Shown: piece by piece, positions 50,118 to 63,775 of the stretch | Numbering within the stretch: position 1 is the stretch's first letter | Layout of the letters: every line of letters begins with the position of its first letter | NCBI GenBank assembly: GCA_951406725.2 | Contig: OX597815.1 | Location: 92,194,001-92,258,000, forward strand | Source: Octopus vulgaris | Taxonomy: Eukaryota | Reading direction: 5' to 3' | Length of the DNA: 64,000 nt | Translations under genes and position numbers: made by a program | The notes under the pieces: generated by a model | The model's database searches: none | What the model was told of the DNA's origin: nothing | The model's input: the letters and a program-made list of their open reading frames with translations, nothing else

Positions 50118-50380
50118 TTTTCTTTTATTGGTTTCAGTCATTTGACGAGGACATAAACATACCATCAGTTGTCAATGGTGGTGGGGGGAGAAACACAGAT
50201 ACACAAACATTCACACACATATATGTATATATGCCTGGCTTTTTTCTGTTTCCGTCTACCAAATCCACTTACAAGGCTTTAGTCAGCCCGAGGCTTTTGT
50301 AGAAGACACTTACCCAAGGTGCCACACAGTGAGACTTAACCCAAAACCATATGATTTGGAAGCAAGCTTCTTACCACATG
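50118..50380 (-). mobile_element. Family-A SINE, internally deleted
   Basis: GTTTCAGTCATTTGAC...TTTCCGTCTACCAAATCCACT...AGAAGACACTT. Confidence 0.8.
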
Positions 50381-50446
50381 TTTTGGATATCAAACCCAAG
50401 CAGTTTTATATTTTATTTGCATCATTCTCTCTCTCTTTCTCTTTCT

Positions 50447-50496
<50 letters not shown>

Positions 50497-50689
50497 GATA
50501 GATTGATTGGGTATTGACATTAGGGGAAGGGTTTTTGTGAAAATTAAGCTGGAGCCACTTTACTAACCATAAATTAAAGAATGGCAAATCATCTGGATTA
50601 GATGGAGTTTGTGTTGAAATGCTTCAAGCAGAGGTCAAAACATTACCAATTATTTTCCAAAGAATTTTACAAAATATCTGCCAGCCAGA

Positions 50690-51522
50690 AGGAGATCAAG
50701 AAGCAAACCAATCTGGAAAAGAAGGATTTGGAAGCTTAAGGACCCTTCACATGGTCAGAGATATAGGGACATCCTCATTGAGAAATTTAATGAGAGGGAG
50801 GAAGACCTACAAACTTGTGACTTAGAGGGCAACTGGGAATTCTTGCGAAACAGCTTGCTGAGTGGCACAGACTGAGTCTGTGGTTGGTGCAAAGTCCCTT
50901 CCAGACCTAGGATAACATGGTGGTGGCACAATACTGTAGACAAAGCCACTACAGCAAAGAAACAGGCCTGTTGTAAGAGTGGGGGCAGCAGGAAACTGTA
51001 TCAGATAGCCAGAAGGGAAGCTAGGAGACAGGTATATCTAGCCAAGGGAGAAGCAGAAAAAAAGAAGTGAGGATAAAAAATCTGAAGTGTTTCAGATTGC
51101 AAAACAGTGGGTGAGAGAAAATTGTGATGTCATAGGAGAAAAATGTGTCTGCATGGATGACAGAGCACATGCTTTTAATGAGACTGCAAAGAAAGAGGCT
51201 TGGAGATGTCATTATGAAAGACTGCTAAACATGGAGAATAAATGGGAGGGGGGAAAGTGTTCCAAATATTGACCCGGTTGAGGGACCAGCTGCCCGAAAG
51301 AACAGTACTCTGGTAGATAAAGCAATTAGGGATATCAAGACAGGGAAAGCATCTGGCCCACCAGGAATCACTGCTGAGATGCTTAAAATATATGGTGGTG
51401 TGGGTTATGGTCTTTTCACCTGCATCGTAAACCAGGTAGTTCAAGAAGGAGGACTTCGAGAAACCTTTTGACAGAGTCCCCTGATCCCTTATCTAGGGGT
51501 CCATGGGGAAACTAGGGACACA
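50690..51522 (+). pseudogene. Decayed RTE ORF middle region
   Basis: RRIWKLKD, TWWWHN, KKEAWRCHYERLLNMEN, GKASGPPGITAEMLK; shares sequence with 24580-24630 and 28180-28240. Confidence 0.8.
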
Positions 51523-51665
51523 AGAACAAACTAATAGAATAAGTACCAGGCTTATCAACATAAGAAAAAGCACTAGGCTGTCTCATATTTTTCTTTGGCC
51601 ACTCACTTGTATCTATCAATTTATCTTTGTATATGTGTGTGTCTGTATATATCTATATCTATCTA

Positions 51666-51721
<56 letters not shown>

Positions 51722-52496
51722 TATGGGGGCCTTAACTCCCAAATTTTAGTAATTTCTTTTATGATCCAAAACTAGGTCAAGAGTACTGAATAGATCTTTA
51801 TGAAATTTGGAAATTATATTCTATGCATAAGGGCCATAGCCCCCATGACAATTCATATATTTTGCTGTTGATGAAATTTCAACCATAGATCTTAGACACA
51901 AATGAAGTAATATTTATAAAATTTCATCTTCTTACAAGTTAGAAAGAACCCTCCATAGGGACTTAACACCCACAATTTTGTCATTTTATCTAAGCAAAGA
52001 TGAATACAGTTGTACTCTTGCAAGCTGTAGGGTCACCCAGCATAAAAGTTGAGCATTATTTCTAATTCAATGGTACAACAGTGTAACAGTTTGCTTTGAC
52101 ATACACTTACATTGTGATTTCTACAATGTGGTGCATAAATTGTCAAGTAAATGAGAGGCATCTTTGCCTCCACTGATTCAGTTGCAAAGTGTTGAGTAAA
52201 GTTATTTGATTGCAGACCTCCTTTCAATCTTTTTATTATCACTGGGTCACACATAGTCCCCAGGTGGTTACATTGATTTCAAGGCCTTCCCAGATGAGTG
52301 ACTGGTTATTCAAAGACATTTATAGATTATAAATTTATTCTGTCCAGTTACGTATCAGTATTGTGGTCATTTGCAAACTCCAGAGGTGACACTTTCATTT
52401 CTCCTTAGCCCTCATGTCACACAGTTAATGTTTATTTCAGTTGGGTCATGCCCTTCCAATTGCTATAGAATTGTAATGCATCTTACGGCTGTGCCT

Positions 52497-55400
52497 GTCA
52501 CCCACCCCGGTGAACGACCAGGCAGAAAAGGATAGGGGAGCCAAGGAAGCAGTAACTGGAAGCCCCCCTGTGCCAGTGGTCCTACAAAGGAATGGAGCCC
52601 TCACCCCATTAGAAAAATGGAAGAAAAAAGGACAGAAAACAAAAATAAAGAAGGAAAGGAAGGAAAAGGCAAAATAACCAAAACTGAAACCCTAACCCAC
52701 CAAACAAACAACAGAAAACCCCATGGAGGACCCAATGCCACCCAAAACCCTACAGGAAAGAAGAAATCTGGAAGGCATCCAAGAACCTATAAATTTTACC
52801 TGCAGGGCAAATGTTGGCATGGGGAGGACGGCAAAAACTGCCGATTTGCCCACCCGACACCCTGCCAGAACTACAGGGGCCTTAAAGAGAAGAACTTTAC
52901 TGAGGAAAGGCAAGAAATGTCTCCCAGGAAAACATTCAGAAAAGAAGCATGCTCCTCAGATGTTCTGCGAACCACAGCAGCTGAGCAAGAGTCTTTTTTG
53001 TGCATGGCGCAAAAGATTGTCCAGCAGCTAACCTGGCTATGCCAAGCACAAAGAAGAAACCTTGCCCACCACTGTCAACAGACACAGGATGGCCTCCCCT
53101 AGCGTCTGCACAGTCGTCACCCCAATACTTTTACTAAATATTGGGGGCCTGTTGCATCAAAATAAAAGCAAAATTTCTTTCCTGGGAGATCTTACTGCAT
53201 GCAACCCAGCCCTATGCATAGCACTCGTGGAAACTCACCTCAGCCCTGACATAGACGATGCAGAAGTACATGTACCAAACTATGCCATACTGCGAACAGA
53301 CAGAAGGGAAAGGAGCCATGGTGGAGTTGCTGTATACATCCGTGATTACCTCACACCCCAGGTCTTATTGTCATACTCAAATTCGGTATGTGACACTCTA
53401 ATTGTATACATAAGACAACATAATATAGTCATATGCAATACATATTGCCCACCGGATGCTCCAAACCACATAGGCAAGTTTGAAGATTGCCTCACAAGAA
53501 TTAAAGAAATCCTCATGAATCTGGAACACCACGTGACCATATTTCTTATGGGTGATTTCAACTTCCCCAACGTCAAATGGCCCGAAGGTCTCATACTCTC
53601 AGGAATGACTCATTGCACAGGTGGAGTCCCTGCTCAACCTCACCAATGCCTTATTCATGGAGCAAGTTGTACTCAAACCAACTAGGGCGAATAACATTCT
53701 GGATCTCTGCTTCACGAACAACATGGACATCATTCATGATGTGAAAGTGACACCGACACTGGGCTATAGACAACATAAAATCTAACCCCAGAGCTTTCTA
53801 CAAGTTTGCCAAAGAAACAGCTACGGTGCACTATAGGATAGGGCCACTCCTTGAAAAAGATGGTACACTCACAGGAAATCCAATGAGGATAAGTGAAATA
53901 CTAAAAGAGCAATTCAAAAGTATTTTCACTCCACCCCTAGGGCACTTTCAAGTCAGCAATCCAACTGACTTCTTTACCACTGCAGATATAAAATCAGAGG
54001 CAACAATGATTGATTACATCAATATAAAGGAAGACGATATAATAAGGGCTATAGATGAAATGAAAACAAACTCAGCTACTGGCCCCGATAAATTCTCAGC
54101 AATCCTTCTAAAAGTATGTAAGAGAGTCCTAGCAAGACCACTGCAGTTCCTCTTTCAGAGCTTCCTTGCAACTGGCAAACTTTCAAGAAAACTGAAGGTG
54201 CATAGTGTCTTCAGGGTTCTGTATTACCTATGAAACTTTTGTAAAATATGCCCTGTTCATAAAGGAGGTAGCAGAGCGGAGGCCAAGAACTACAGACCTA
54301 TCTCTCTGACCTCACACATCAGCATGGTCATGGAATGAATAGTCAGAAGAAAACTAATCGCCTTCCTTGAAGAAAATGACTTGCTGTCTGACACCCAACA
54401 TGGTTTCCGACCAGGAAGAAGCTGCCTTACTCAGCTCCTACAACACTATGACTGGGTGCTGAAACAACTTCTCAACCACTCAAATGTGGAAGTGATATAT
54501 CTCGACTTTGCAAAGGCCTTTGGTAGAGTCGATCATGGAATGATATGTCACAAACTGCATGATCTTGGCATAGTTGGAAAATTGGGAGAATGGCTTCATA
54601 ACTTTCTGAAGGATAGAAGTCAGGTGGTAGTAGCCAATGGGGCCACCTCCAATAACATGCAAATAGTGAGTGGTGTCCCGCAAGGCACTGTTTTGGGACC
54701 ACTGCTGTTCATAATGGCCCTCTCAGACATGCCCTCAGCCACGCAGAGAGCCATGATCACAAGTTATGCAGATGATACAAAAGTTTCATAGGTAATACAG
54801 AACCCTGAAGACACTATGCACCTGCAAAAGTTCAATGCTGAAAAGTTTCAAGCTTTATGCTTTCAGCATGCAAAACTAAATGCAATACCCAATAAATACA
54901 CAGGACCTGGAGGGATTGCAATCCCAGAGGCACAATCAGTGCGAGACCTGGGTATTTACATGAGTAATGATGCAACCTTTCATGTGCATGTTGCTAAATT
55001 GGCAATGAAATGTAGGCAGCTGACCAGATGGATTCTTAGAGCTTTTGGAACAAGAGACCAGGAAACCATGATGGTCCTCTGGAGGACACTTGTCCTAAGC
55101 TACTTTGACTATTGCTCTCAGCTATGGTCACCAACCAGTGTCAAATTAATCTCAGAACTGGAGGCGATCCAACGAAGCTACACGAAGAAGATAGCCTCTG
55201 TGCAGCATTAAGCTGTTGGGAAAGACTCAAGAGATTAAGACTCTATTCCTTAGAGCGTAGGCGAGAAAGATATGCCATAATATACATCTGGAAGATCCCG
55301 GAAGGACTTGTCCCAAACTTTGGCATCGAGAGTTACACAAGTACTAGAACTGGGTGCCACTGCATAATGCCAAGGACTCCAAATTTGCCATCAAGATGTA

Positions 55401-55710
55401 GGGCAAGATACTGTGATAGCCTGGGCTTCAGAGGTCCACAGCTCTTCAGTATCCTCCCAAAGGACCTGAGAGACCTGCATGGGGTGGATTCAGATGTCTT
55501 TAAAATAAAGCTGGACCTCTTCTTGTCAGGTGTCCCAGATGAACCAACTTCACGGCAGGAGATGCAGATGAGGGCAGCTGCATCAAACTCTCTCATGCAC
55601 CAAATGACAATTGCTAAAAAGCATTCATGAAGTAAAATCATGTAGCAACACCGAATTGTGGTGCCCCAGCATAGCCACAGCTTGTGAGCTGAAACTAGAT
55701 AAAATGAAAT
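52497..55710 (+). mobile_element. CR1-clade LINE copy C, older and decayed, 5' part missing
   Basis: APE and RT motifs collinear with copy B; stops and frameshifts; deletion of about 440 bp at 53760; 3' stem-loop tail followed by (TA)n. Confidence 0.93.
52617..53102 (+). CDS. ORF1 remnant of copy C with a CCCH-type zinc-finger-like motif
   Basis: YKFYLQGKCWHGEDGKNCRFAHPTPC (first Cys position reads Tyr); C-terminal EQESFLCMAQKIVQQLTWL shared with copy B. Confidence 0.65.
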   Translation: MEEKRTENKNKEGKEGKGKITKTETLTHQTNNRKPHGGPNATQNPTGKKKSGRHPRTYKFYLQGKCWHGEDGKNCRFAHPTPCQNYRGLKEKNFTEERQEMSPRKTFRKEACSSDVLRTTAAEQESFLCMAQKIVQQLTWLCQAQRRNLAHHCQQTQDGLP

Positions 55711-56035
55711 ATATATATATATACCTATAAATATATATATATACTATAAAAATATATATATGTATACATATAAATAAATATATATATATATACATATATA
55801 TTTATATATATATATATATTTACATATATATATATATTTACATATATATATATATATTTACATATATATTTATATATATATTATATATATATTTACATAT
55901 ATATATATATATTTACATATATATATACATATATTTACATATATATATACATATATTTACATATATATATACATATATATTTACATATATGTATACATAT
56001 ATATTTACATATATGTATACATATATATATTTACT

Positions 56036-56085
<50 letters not shown>

Positions 56086-56120
56086 TTTACATATATATAT
56101 ATACACACACATATTATTTA
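55711..56120. repeat. (TA)n/(TTTACATA) microsatellite
   Basis: Direct reading. Confidence 0.95.
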
Positions 56121-56512
56121 TTTATTTATATGCACGCACGCACGCTTTGACAAATTGAATAAAATGGTGCTGATCCAGTAGTTTCTCTTGAATTTCTCCG
56201 GCCTTTTGTCAGTTCCTCAAGCATGAAATGCAAAGCCACTCACTCGATAGACTTCTAATCGGCTGTCCTTCGCGAAGTTGCTTTCATATACATTGATTAA
56301 TCTGACGGTATTGGAGCAGCCACTTATGTAAGGTGCCGTCCTGTTCGTTTGAAATATGTTACATGTGTTTGCAAAGCGAACTCAAGCTCTTAGCTATGCG
56401 ATTTCAATAAATGTGTTAGTTAAGTTCAGTGTGTATGTGTGTGTGTGTATATATATAAATATATATATATATATATGGAGAGAAGTAAATTCCTACGCAG
56501 GAAAAAAATATA

Positions 56513-56676
56513 GGAGAATTTGCTTTTTGGTTTGAAAACGCACCTGGATCTGAAAACGTAGTAGTTTTTAAATGTTGTAATAAATTGAAACCGTTTGGGT
56601 ATTTGAATAAATCCATTACAAAATTTAAAAACGACTACACGTTTTAAGATTCAGGTGCATTTGGAAAAGAAATCTC
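56513..56676. repeat. Foldback palindrome, about 46-bp core arms
   Basis: GCACCTGGATCTGAAAACGT...TTTTTAAATGTTGTAAT versus ATTACAAAATTTAAAAA...ACGTTTTAAGATTCAGGTGC. Confidence 0.85.
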
Positions 56677-57954
56677 GTATATATATATTATGTGTGTGTG
56701 TGTGTGCACATATATACACACACACATAAAAGATACATTTATAACAGATTAGGGCAACCTCGAGAAGTGGGCCGCATGAGGCATGGCAAAAGATTAGGCG
56801 GGTCGCACTAAAAAAATTTTGTTAGGCATGCTATCCAGAAAGCACTACAAGCCGCATTCGCCTATGATTGATTTATAATTTTATACGTGTTATTATTTTG
56901 TTTTGTTCTATTTAGCTGTCGTAAGAATTATTCTATTTTTATTTCAAATCATAAGTATTTCGTAAGTTCCATTTCGAACGGAAAAGCTAGCCTGGTTTTT
57001 AGCAAGTTCTCTTTATATTCTTATTGTAACAATTTACCATTTTATTGTTGTAATTCAGTCGTAATTATGTATCCGTTACTCATCTGCTAGTTCTTGTTAA
57101 ATTATCATTGCATCTTACTATCAGCCTTCCAGCTATTCTATTCTCACTCTGCCTCTTCTAAAATAACACATGGCCAACTTTACATGCAAAAATCCCACAT
57201 CAACGGCGTACACACTCAGTCTTGTTCTGCGCTATTCTGTAAACGAACATCACCGGAATATAATATTTAAAGTTTAATTTGTAAGTCCAATTACGTATCT
57301 TAATAAAACGTGGAACTCGAAAATAAGAGCATGTGTTAGATTAGTGTTATAGTAAATAGCCTCAACAATTTTATATTCATTTGGATATAAATAACGGTAA
57401 ACACTTACAATATTTTCATTTCGGTCATGAAAACGACTGAGAATACTAGTTTTATAAGTTGGATGTAAAAATTTGTTTGGATATCTTGAATGTTGTTTGC
57501 TCTTATTTTCATCTATTTTACCGTTAGTTCCGCTTTGTACATATGACCGTCTGAGACCAACTTATACTCACACTCACACATATATAAAATATTATATTAT
57601 ATTTATCATTGTCTTCTTACTTTGTATCTGCTACTAATAACAAATAGTCTCGATCTCGAGGTATTGTACAGAATATGACTTGGTAAATGCGTAGTTGGGT
57701 TGTGTTATAATAATCATCGATCTAATCTTTGTTGTCAGTAAGTATTGAAATATATGTGGATTAAAAGCATATACGTATGTATATATACGTGCGCTCGTGA
57801 AGTTTCAAAGTCCTCGTTTTATACACATCTAATGAAAGTCTTCAGTGTTATTATCCAGTCTATTAAAAATCCCATCTTAGTTTTAGATTTGGTCTATCTA
57901 TTCGTGACTAAAAGTAAAAATAAAATGGCACAAGTTTTCTTATAGGTTTTACAG

Positions 57955-58460
57955 ATAGTGGGGTCGGAGAATACCAGTCGAAATGCCTCATCCATGCATT
58001 CCGAGTTCAAATCTCTGGATGTTTTGAAAAGCTCTCTCTTAAAGTGCTAAAGGAAAAAGATAGATTTTTTCCGAAGGAAAAGAATAGATCTTTTCCTTCG
58101 TTTTTATTATTGTTATTATTATATTTCTGTTTCATACCACAGAAATTGCAAAGTTTTTTTGAAAACTTTCAGGCTTTTTGTTTATTTTGCTTTTGTCTCC
58201 ATTTTCGTACAGTTTCACTTTCCTATTAGGTGTGGGACTTAAAGGGATGTTCGGAAACACCTACAAATCCCATGTCGATTGATGATATTACCAGTCGATT
58301 AAATAGATTATGCCTTGTGTCTTTACTTGCCTTTCGGGTTGATAAAATAAAGTACCGGTCAAATGTTGGAGTTAATGTAATTGACTACCCCCCCCTCTAC
58401 CGCCTCCGTCCCCTTGCCCTTCCCCTCAAAATTCCTGACCTTGTACTTAAATCGATAATC
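57955..58460 (+). mobile_element. Family-C (CORE-like) SINE split into two parts
   Basis: Head TTCCGAGTTCAAAT near 58000; body CCTTTCGGGTTGATAAAATAAAGTACC...CCCTCAAAATTCCTGACCTTGT at 58330-58445. Confidence 0.55.
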
Positions 58461-58537
58461 ATTATTATTGTTATTGTCACTTTTACTCTAATTTCAAAGT
58501 TATCTCAATATTTACAGTTAAATCTTTACTTTTGCAG

Positions 58538-58582
58538 GAATTTTTCCCCGGCACATTTTAACACCAACCAGTGATGTATCCA
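58538..58582 (+). other. Candidate 45-nt exon of a plus-strand transcript
   Basis: CTTTACTTTTGCAG acceptor and A|GTAAGT donor, downstream of a CpG-richer stretch (56.1-58.5 kb). Confidence 0.4.
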
Positions 58583-59295
58583 GTAAGTTGAATTTTATTA
58601 TTTATTTAGAGTGGGTGGGGCAAAATTTGTAATTTCTGATTTCATGTTATTTTTTCTCTATCTATTTGAAATCATTACATTGCAAGTATTGCATCACCTT
58701 TAGGAGTAAAAATTGGCCAGCATAGTTGTTGAAGTTAAGAGTTTGAAACATAGTCAAGTGACAAGTACTTTTTTTTTTTTCATTTAAAGAAATTTTTCTT
58801 CATCTTTGACCAGATTGTAATTGAGGTTGCTAATAAAATATTTGAATAATTTTTGATGTTTAACAGTCAAAATCTTTTTCTCTGTTGGACTCCAAGTCAA
58901 TTTTCTCCCACACTAACGCCTAATTTGATAATCTACAATTTAAAGGAAAAAGTTTTAAGTGGAACAAAATGAGTAATGACTAATTCCAATTTCTTCTTTT
59001 TAACTGCATGATCCGTAAATATATCGTGAAGATATATAAAAATATTTTTATGTCGAATTTCATTAATTTCATGTCGTGTACCATTTTCCCATGATCCTCT
59101 TTCAATTTGACCTAGATATTTTAAATTTCTGTTGATTTCTGATCTTTCTAATGTCTCAGGATGGCAAATGTGATTATGGAGAAGTGAGGAAACAAATTTA
59201 CCTTGGGTTGTCTTACTCATTTTGGTTCAGCTAAATTTGTCTTTTATATGTTCAAAGAAAATAGAGAGAATTTTCTGAAATAGTGTTCAGATTAT

Positions 59296-59665
59296 ACTCT
59301 TTACTCTTTTACTTGTTTCAGTCATTTGACTGCAGCCATGCTGGAGCACCGCCTTTAGTCGAGCAAATCGACCCCAGGACTTATTCTTTGTAAGCCCAGT
59401 ACTTATTCTATCGGTCTCTTTTGCCGAACCGCTAAGTGACGGGGACGTAAACACACCAGCATCGGTTGTCAAGCAATGCTAGGGGGACAAACACATACAC
59501 ATACATATATACGACAGGCTTCTTTCAGTTTCCGTCTACCAAATCCACTCACAAGGCATTGGTCGGCCCAGGGCTATAGCAGAAGACACTTGCCCAAGAT
59601 GCCAAGCAGTGGGACTGAACCCGGAACCATGTGGTTGGTTAGCAAGCTACTTACCACACAGCCAC
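59296..59665 (-). mobile_element. Family-A SINE, near full length
   Basis: Reverse complement of 23577-23956, with intact GGTTCAGTCCC B-box-like motif and CR1-like tail. Confidence 0.92.
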
Positions 59666-60030
59666 TTGGAGAAGGTTTAGTTGATATAGTTTCTGTAAGG
59701 TTGTGAACATTTGTAAAAGATATTTTTTCCTTCAAGTCAAAAATGCAGTGAATCTTACTCATTGTGCCCCTCTCCCCCATACTCTCTCTTTAGTTTTTGA
59801 AGTCATCAAACAAAAATGGTGCTTCTATATCTGGGAAAGTGATTCTTATAATAGTGTTTTATCTGTACAAGACTTTTGTCATAATGTGAAGATTATATAG
59901 CTGGCTTTGATGCCTTGTCATGACAAAAGCTCGAGTCAAAATATGTATAACATTCAAGTTTAACATGGAATAAGATCAAAATATGCATTGACACCCATAC
60001 CTGCACTTATATATGTGTGTGCACATACAT

Positions 60031-60378
60031 ATCATCATCATCATTGTTGTTTAACATCTGCTTTCACTGCTGGCATGGGTTGGACAGTTTGAATGAGGAC
60101 TGGTGAGCCAGAAGGCTGCGCCAGGCTTCAATCTGGATCTGGCAAAGTTTCTACAGCTGGATACCCTTCCTAACACCAACCACTCCGAGAGTGTAGTGGG
60201 TGCTTTTATGTGCTACTGGCATGAGAGCCAGTCAGGTGGTTCTGGCAACAACCACTCTCAAAAGGTGTTTTTTATGTGCTACCTGCACGGGAACCAGTCC
60301 GGCGGCACTGGTAACAACCATGCTCGAATGTTTTTTCACATGCCACTGGCACATGTGCCAGTTAGACAACGCTGGCAT
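60031..60378 (-). mobile_element. RTE 3' UTR/tail
   Basis: (CAT)n...TTTCTACAGCTGGATACCCTTCCTAAC; internal repeats. Confidence 0.85.
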
Positions 60379-63103
60379 ATATATATATATATAGACAGTT
60401 ATATGTATCTGTATGCATGCATGCATACATACATACAAGGCTACTTTACTGAGGTTTAAATTTTAATGAAAGGGCCTTGTTTTTAGGGTACATCCTGGCT
60501 CTTTCTCCATTGGTGAAAAATTTGAAAAATAAAACCAAGGAAACATAGTCACACAAACTTTGCCAATTTAACAACAATGAACACACCAGTTTGTTGTTTT
60601 CTCCTATTTTTTTTGCCACTGCTACAAATAGCTTCTGCTCTGCTAAACTTCCAAACTAAACCAGATGAGCGATTTGAACAGGATTAGGTAGAATTGGTAG
60701 AGAGATGGCAAATTCAAAGAAGTAGAGATTCATTTAATGTAATAAAAAAGACAATACACTATTGCAGTGAATCTGAAGTTATGTAGTTAGATGGAAGGTT
60801 TTTACCTAATAGGACACTTTGTTTCCGAAGTCTAAGATGTATGATATTAACTCATGAATGATATAGTGTAAGGTATATTCATGCTTAACAAAGTATAAGC
60901 ACATTTTCTTGAATTGAATTAACTATTTCATTAACTTTAACAATAAGCATCAGCTTTTATGGGGTCTTTTTGGCCATGAGGAAGAATGTGGATCTCTAAT
61001 AGTTATTAGGCTACCACTTCATTTTATATCTTGCTATCTTGGCTGGCATACAGTAGATACATAACAATAATAACCTTGATATTTTTTTGCCATTCTCTCC
61101 AAAGTGCTAGCTCCTTCAAAACTGCTTTATGTATTAGTTATTTCATCCATTATTTCTAATTCGTTCTAGAGGGCTCAGTTAACAATGACTTTACAGTAAA
61201 GTCCTAATTCGCAACCAAAGATTGTATAATAGGAGACAATTTGAGAAATGTGAACCCAATACATCAATTTAGTATACCAGTTAGAGACACTGCAGAGATT
61301 AATACTGTAGATCTATAGAATTTATTTAACCCATTAATGCATAAAATTTAATTTACATGATTACTAACACAATTATACATTACTTTTGATTGCGTATTTT
61401 TTGACTCCTGTTTGTGTGAAAAGAATTTGAGAATGATTTTGGTGGAAGAACAAAGTATCATTGAGAGGAAGATAAACAATGAATTGTCGAGAATGATGGG
61501 GGTGTAGTCAGTGATGGTTGTTGTGAAGAGAAATGGGATGAGGTACTTTGATCATGTGCTGAGGAATGATGTGAGTAACTGTGTGAGAAGAGGAGTGAAA
61601 GGAAGTAGAGGAAGGGGAGACAGTGTGATCAAAGTTGATGGAAGAGGAAATTATGAAGGAAAGGGGGTTACTGATGTGTGTGGATGGAGAAGATAGGGCA
61701 AAGTGAAATAAGTCTGTCATAGAGACCTGCAACACTAATTCCTACTTTATCAGGGAAGATATTCTTATAATGCTTGGTGTGTATTGTAATATTATTATTA
61801 TATTTATGCTGTATAGATCAGGCATGCTAAACCGTTTTTTTATACTATAAGATGTTGATGCATAATTCAAGAGTGGTTTCACTGATTTTCTAGCAGGTAG
61901 ACTAACTATGCAGAGAGTCTGTTGTTGACTCAGATGACTCCAAATTAAACACAGCTAATGCAGATCTTTCTGGATGCATTTATTTATTTCTTCAGTAGTT
62001 AAATACACTTCATCACAAGAATTCCCTCTTATATTTAGTTTTCATCATAAAAGATAATGAAAAAATTTTTTAGGGAAACCGGTATTAGTTCTTTGCTTTC
62101 ACTCATTTCTATACATGAAGTTCCTACCTACTAATTACTTATCTCTATGGTGGAAGCCTTTATGATGTTAGCTGATCTACTAGAAACAGTAACTAAATTT
62201 CCCTCAAGCTATGCTGTATCACCTTAAAAAAAGGACACATTGAAAATGTAGACCAGATTATAATAAAACAGTCCTTGAAAACTAGTGATATTCTGCATGA
62301 ACAAAAAGTAATATAAACAGAATATGTTATATGACATGAGAAAGAAGTCTAATATTTCAAGTGTTTCCTCTTCAGAGAGAGAAAAAATTAGTCTTATTGA
62401 TAGGCTAAGCATCCAAAATGTTAGACTTCTCATCTTCATGGTATAAAATATATTCCACTGTGTGGACTGTTTGTAGTCCTGGATATACTGAATAAAGAAT
62501 CTATGCTGTTTATCATAGTTATGATCAATCAGAGTTGACCTGGGCTAAGTAATGACAATTGATTTTAAACAAATATTTAAAAGACCTAGTATATATACAT
62601 ATATCTATAATTTAAAGGTATGTGGTTAGGAATTAAATCCTTGTGGATTTCATTTTATACATGTAGATTCTTTGCAATATTGTCCCACAACATGTAGACA
62701 TTACTCATGCCACAATAAAGAACAGTTTAATTAAGGATTTTTATTCACAACAAATTTAATGTGTGTGAACTAAATTATAGCAACTGTGTGTATATTGTAT
62801 AACTGTGACACTTGTGCATTGATGTGGAACATTTAAAGAAAATGCTATAGAATGAAATAAATTGTTTTGAAAGGCAGCTGTAAAATGGGTAGTAGTTACT
62901 TGTAAGTCATTGAACTCAGGTACGACATAGATTATACAGATGTGAAAGTATTGATAAAACATGAGGTAATCAGAGTGAAGTCAAATAAAGCAAATGAAAT
63001 TGGTATCCAAATTGCAAGCAGCTAGTGGCAAAATTGTCTGTCTCTCTCTCTCACTTTCACTTAATTACACATGCCATGCAGGGCTACTTATGTATGTACG
63101 TAT

Positions 63104-63360
63104 ATCTATATATATAAAGATGAGAATCTGTGTCTATGTGAATCCCTGAAACTTGAGAACTACACTACCAATTTCATTCAAATTTTACACATGCCTTACT
63201 TAGGGTCCATGTAGTGTCATAGGCCCAAAAAATTTTTAAGTTCTGGTCTAGTGCGAGCCCACAGCAATATCATATCTTCTCCATTTCAGTATTACGTGTT
63301 AAAAATAAAACAAAAGCATCTCTCTATTGTAATGTCAGATACTTTCACTTTAATACTGAA
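63104..63360 (+). mobile_element. 5' part of a Helitron-like non-autonomous element
   Basis: ATCTATATATATAAA start; homologous in reverse to 32110-32371. Confidence 0.6.
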
Positions 63361-63480
63361 ACTATTATATCACATATATACAGGCATGCATACATATATA
63401 TATATAAATATGTGTGTGTATACATATGTATATACATATAGATGTACACATATATACACCCATACACACACATATACATA

Positions 63481-63775
63481 GGTGCAGGTGTGGCTGTGTG
63501 GTAACAAACTTGGTTTCAAAGCACATAGTCTTGGGTTCAGTCCCACTGTTTGGTGACCTGGCATGTGTCTTCTGCTATAGCCTCAGACCAACCAAAGCCT
63601 TGTCAGTGGATTTTGTAGACAGAAACTGAAAGAAATCAATCATATATATATATGTAAGTGTATGTGTGTCTGTCTGTGTTTCTCCCTCTTCACCACTGCT
63701 GTTTGTGTATTTACATTCCCATAACTTACTGGTTTGACAAGAAGAAACTGATAGAATAAGTACCAGCCTTATCAA
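63481..63775 (+). mobile_element. Family-A SINE lacking the CR1-like tail
   Basis: GTGGCTGTGTGGTAA...GGGTTCAGTCCCACTG...GATAGAATAAGTACC. Confidence 0.85.

Noticed and set aside
52033-52490. Possible endonuclease remnant on the minus strand (LTIYAP-like)
   Set aside because: Only a single weak motif.
56130-56420. Possible mariner-like fragment, plus a hAT-like MITE at 56745-56870
   Set aside because: Too decayed; no paired TIRs or TSD could be verified.
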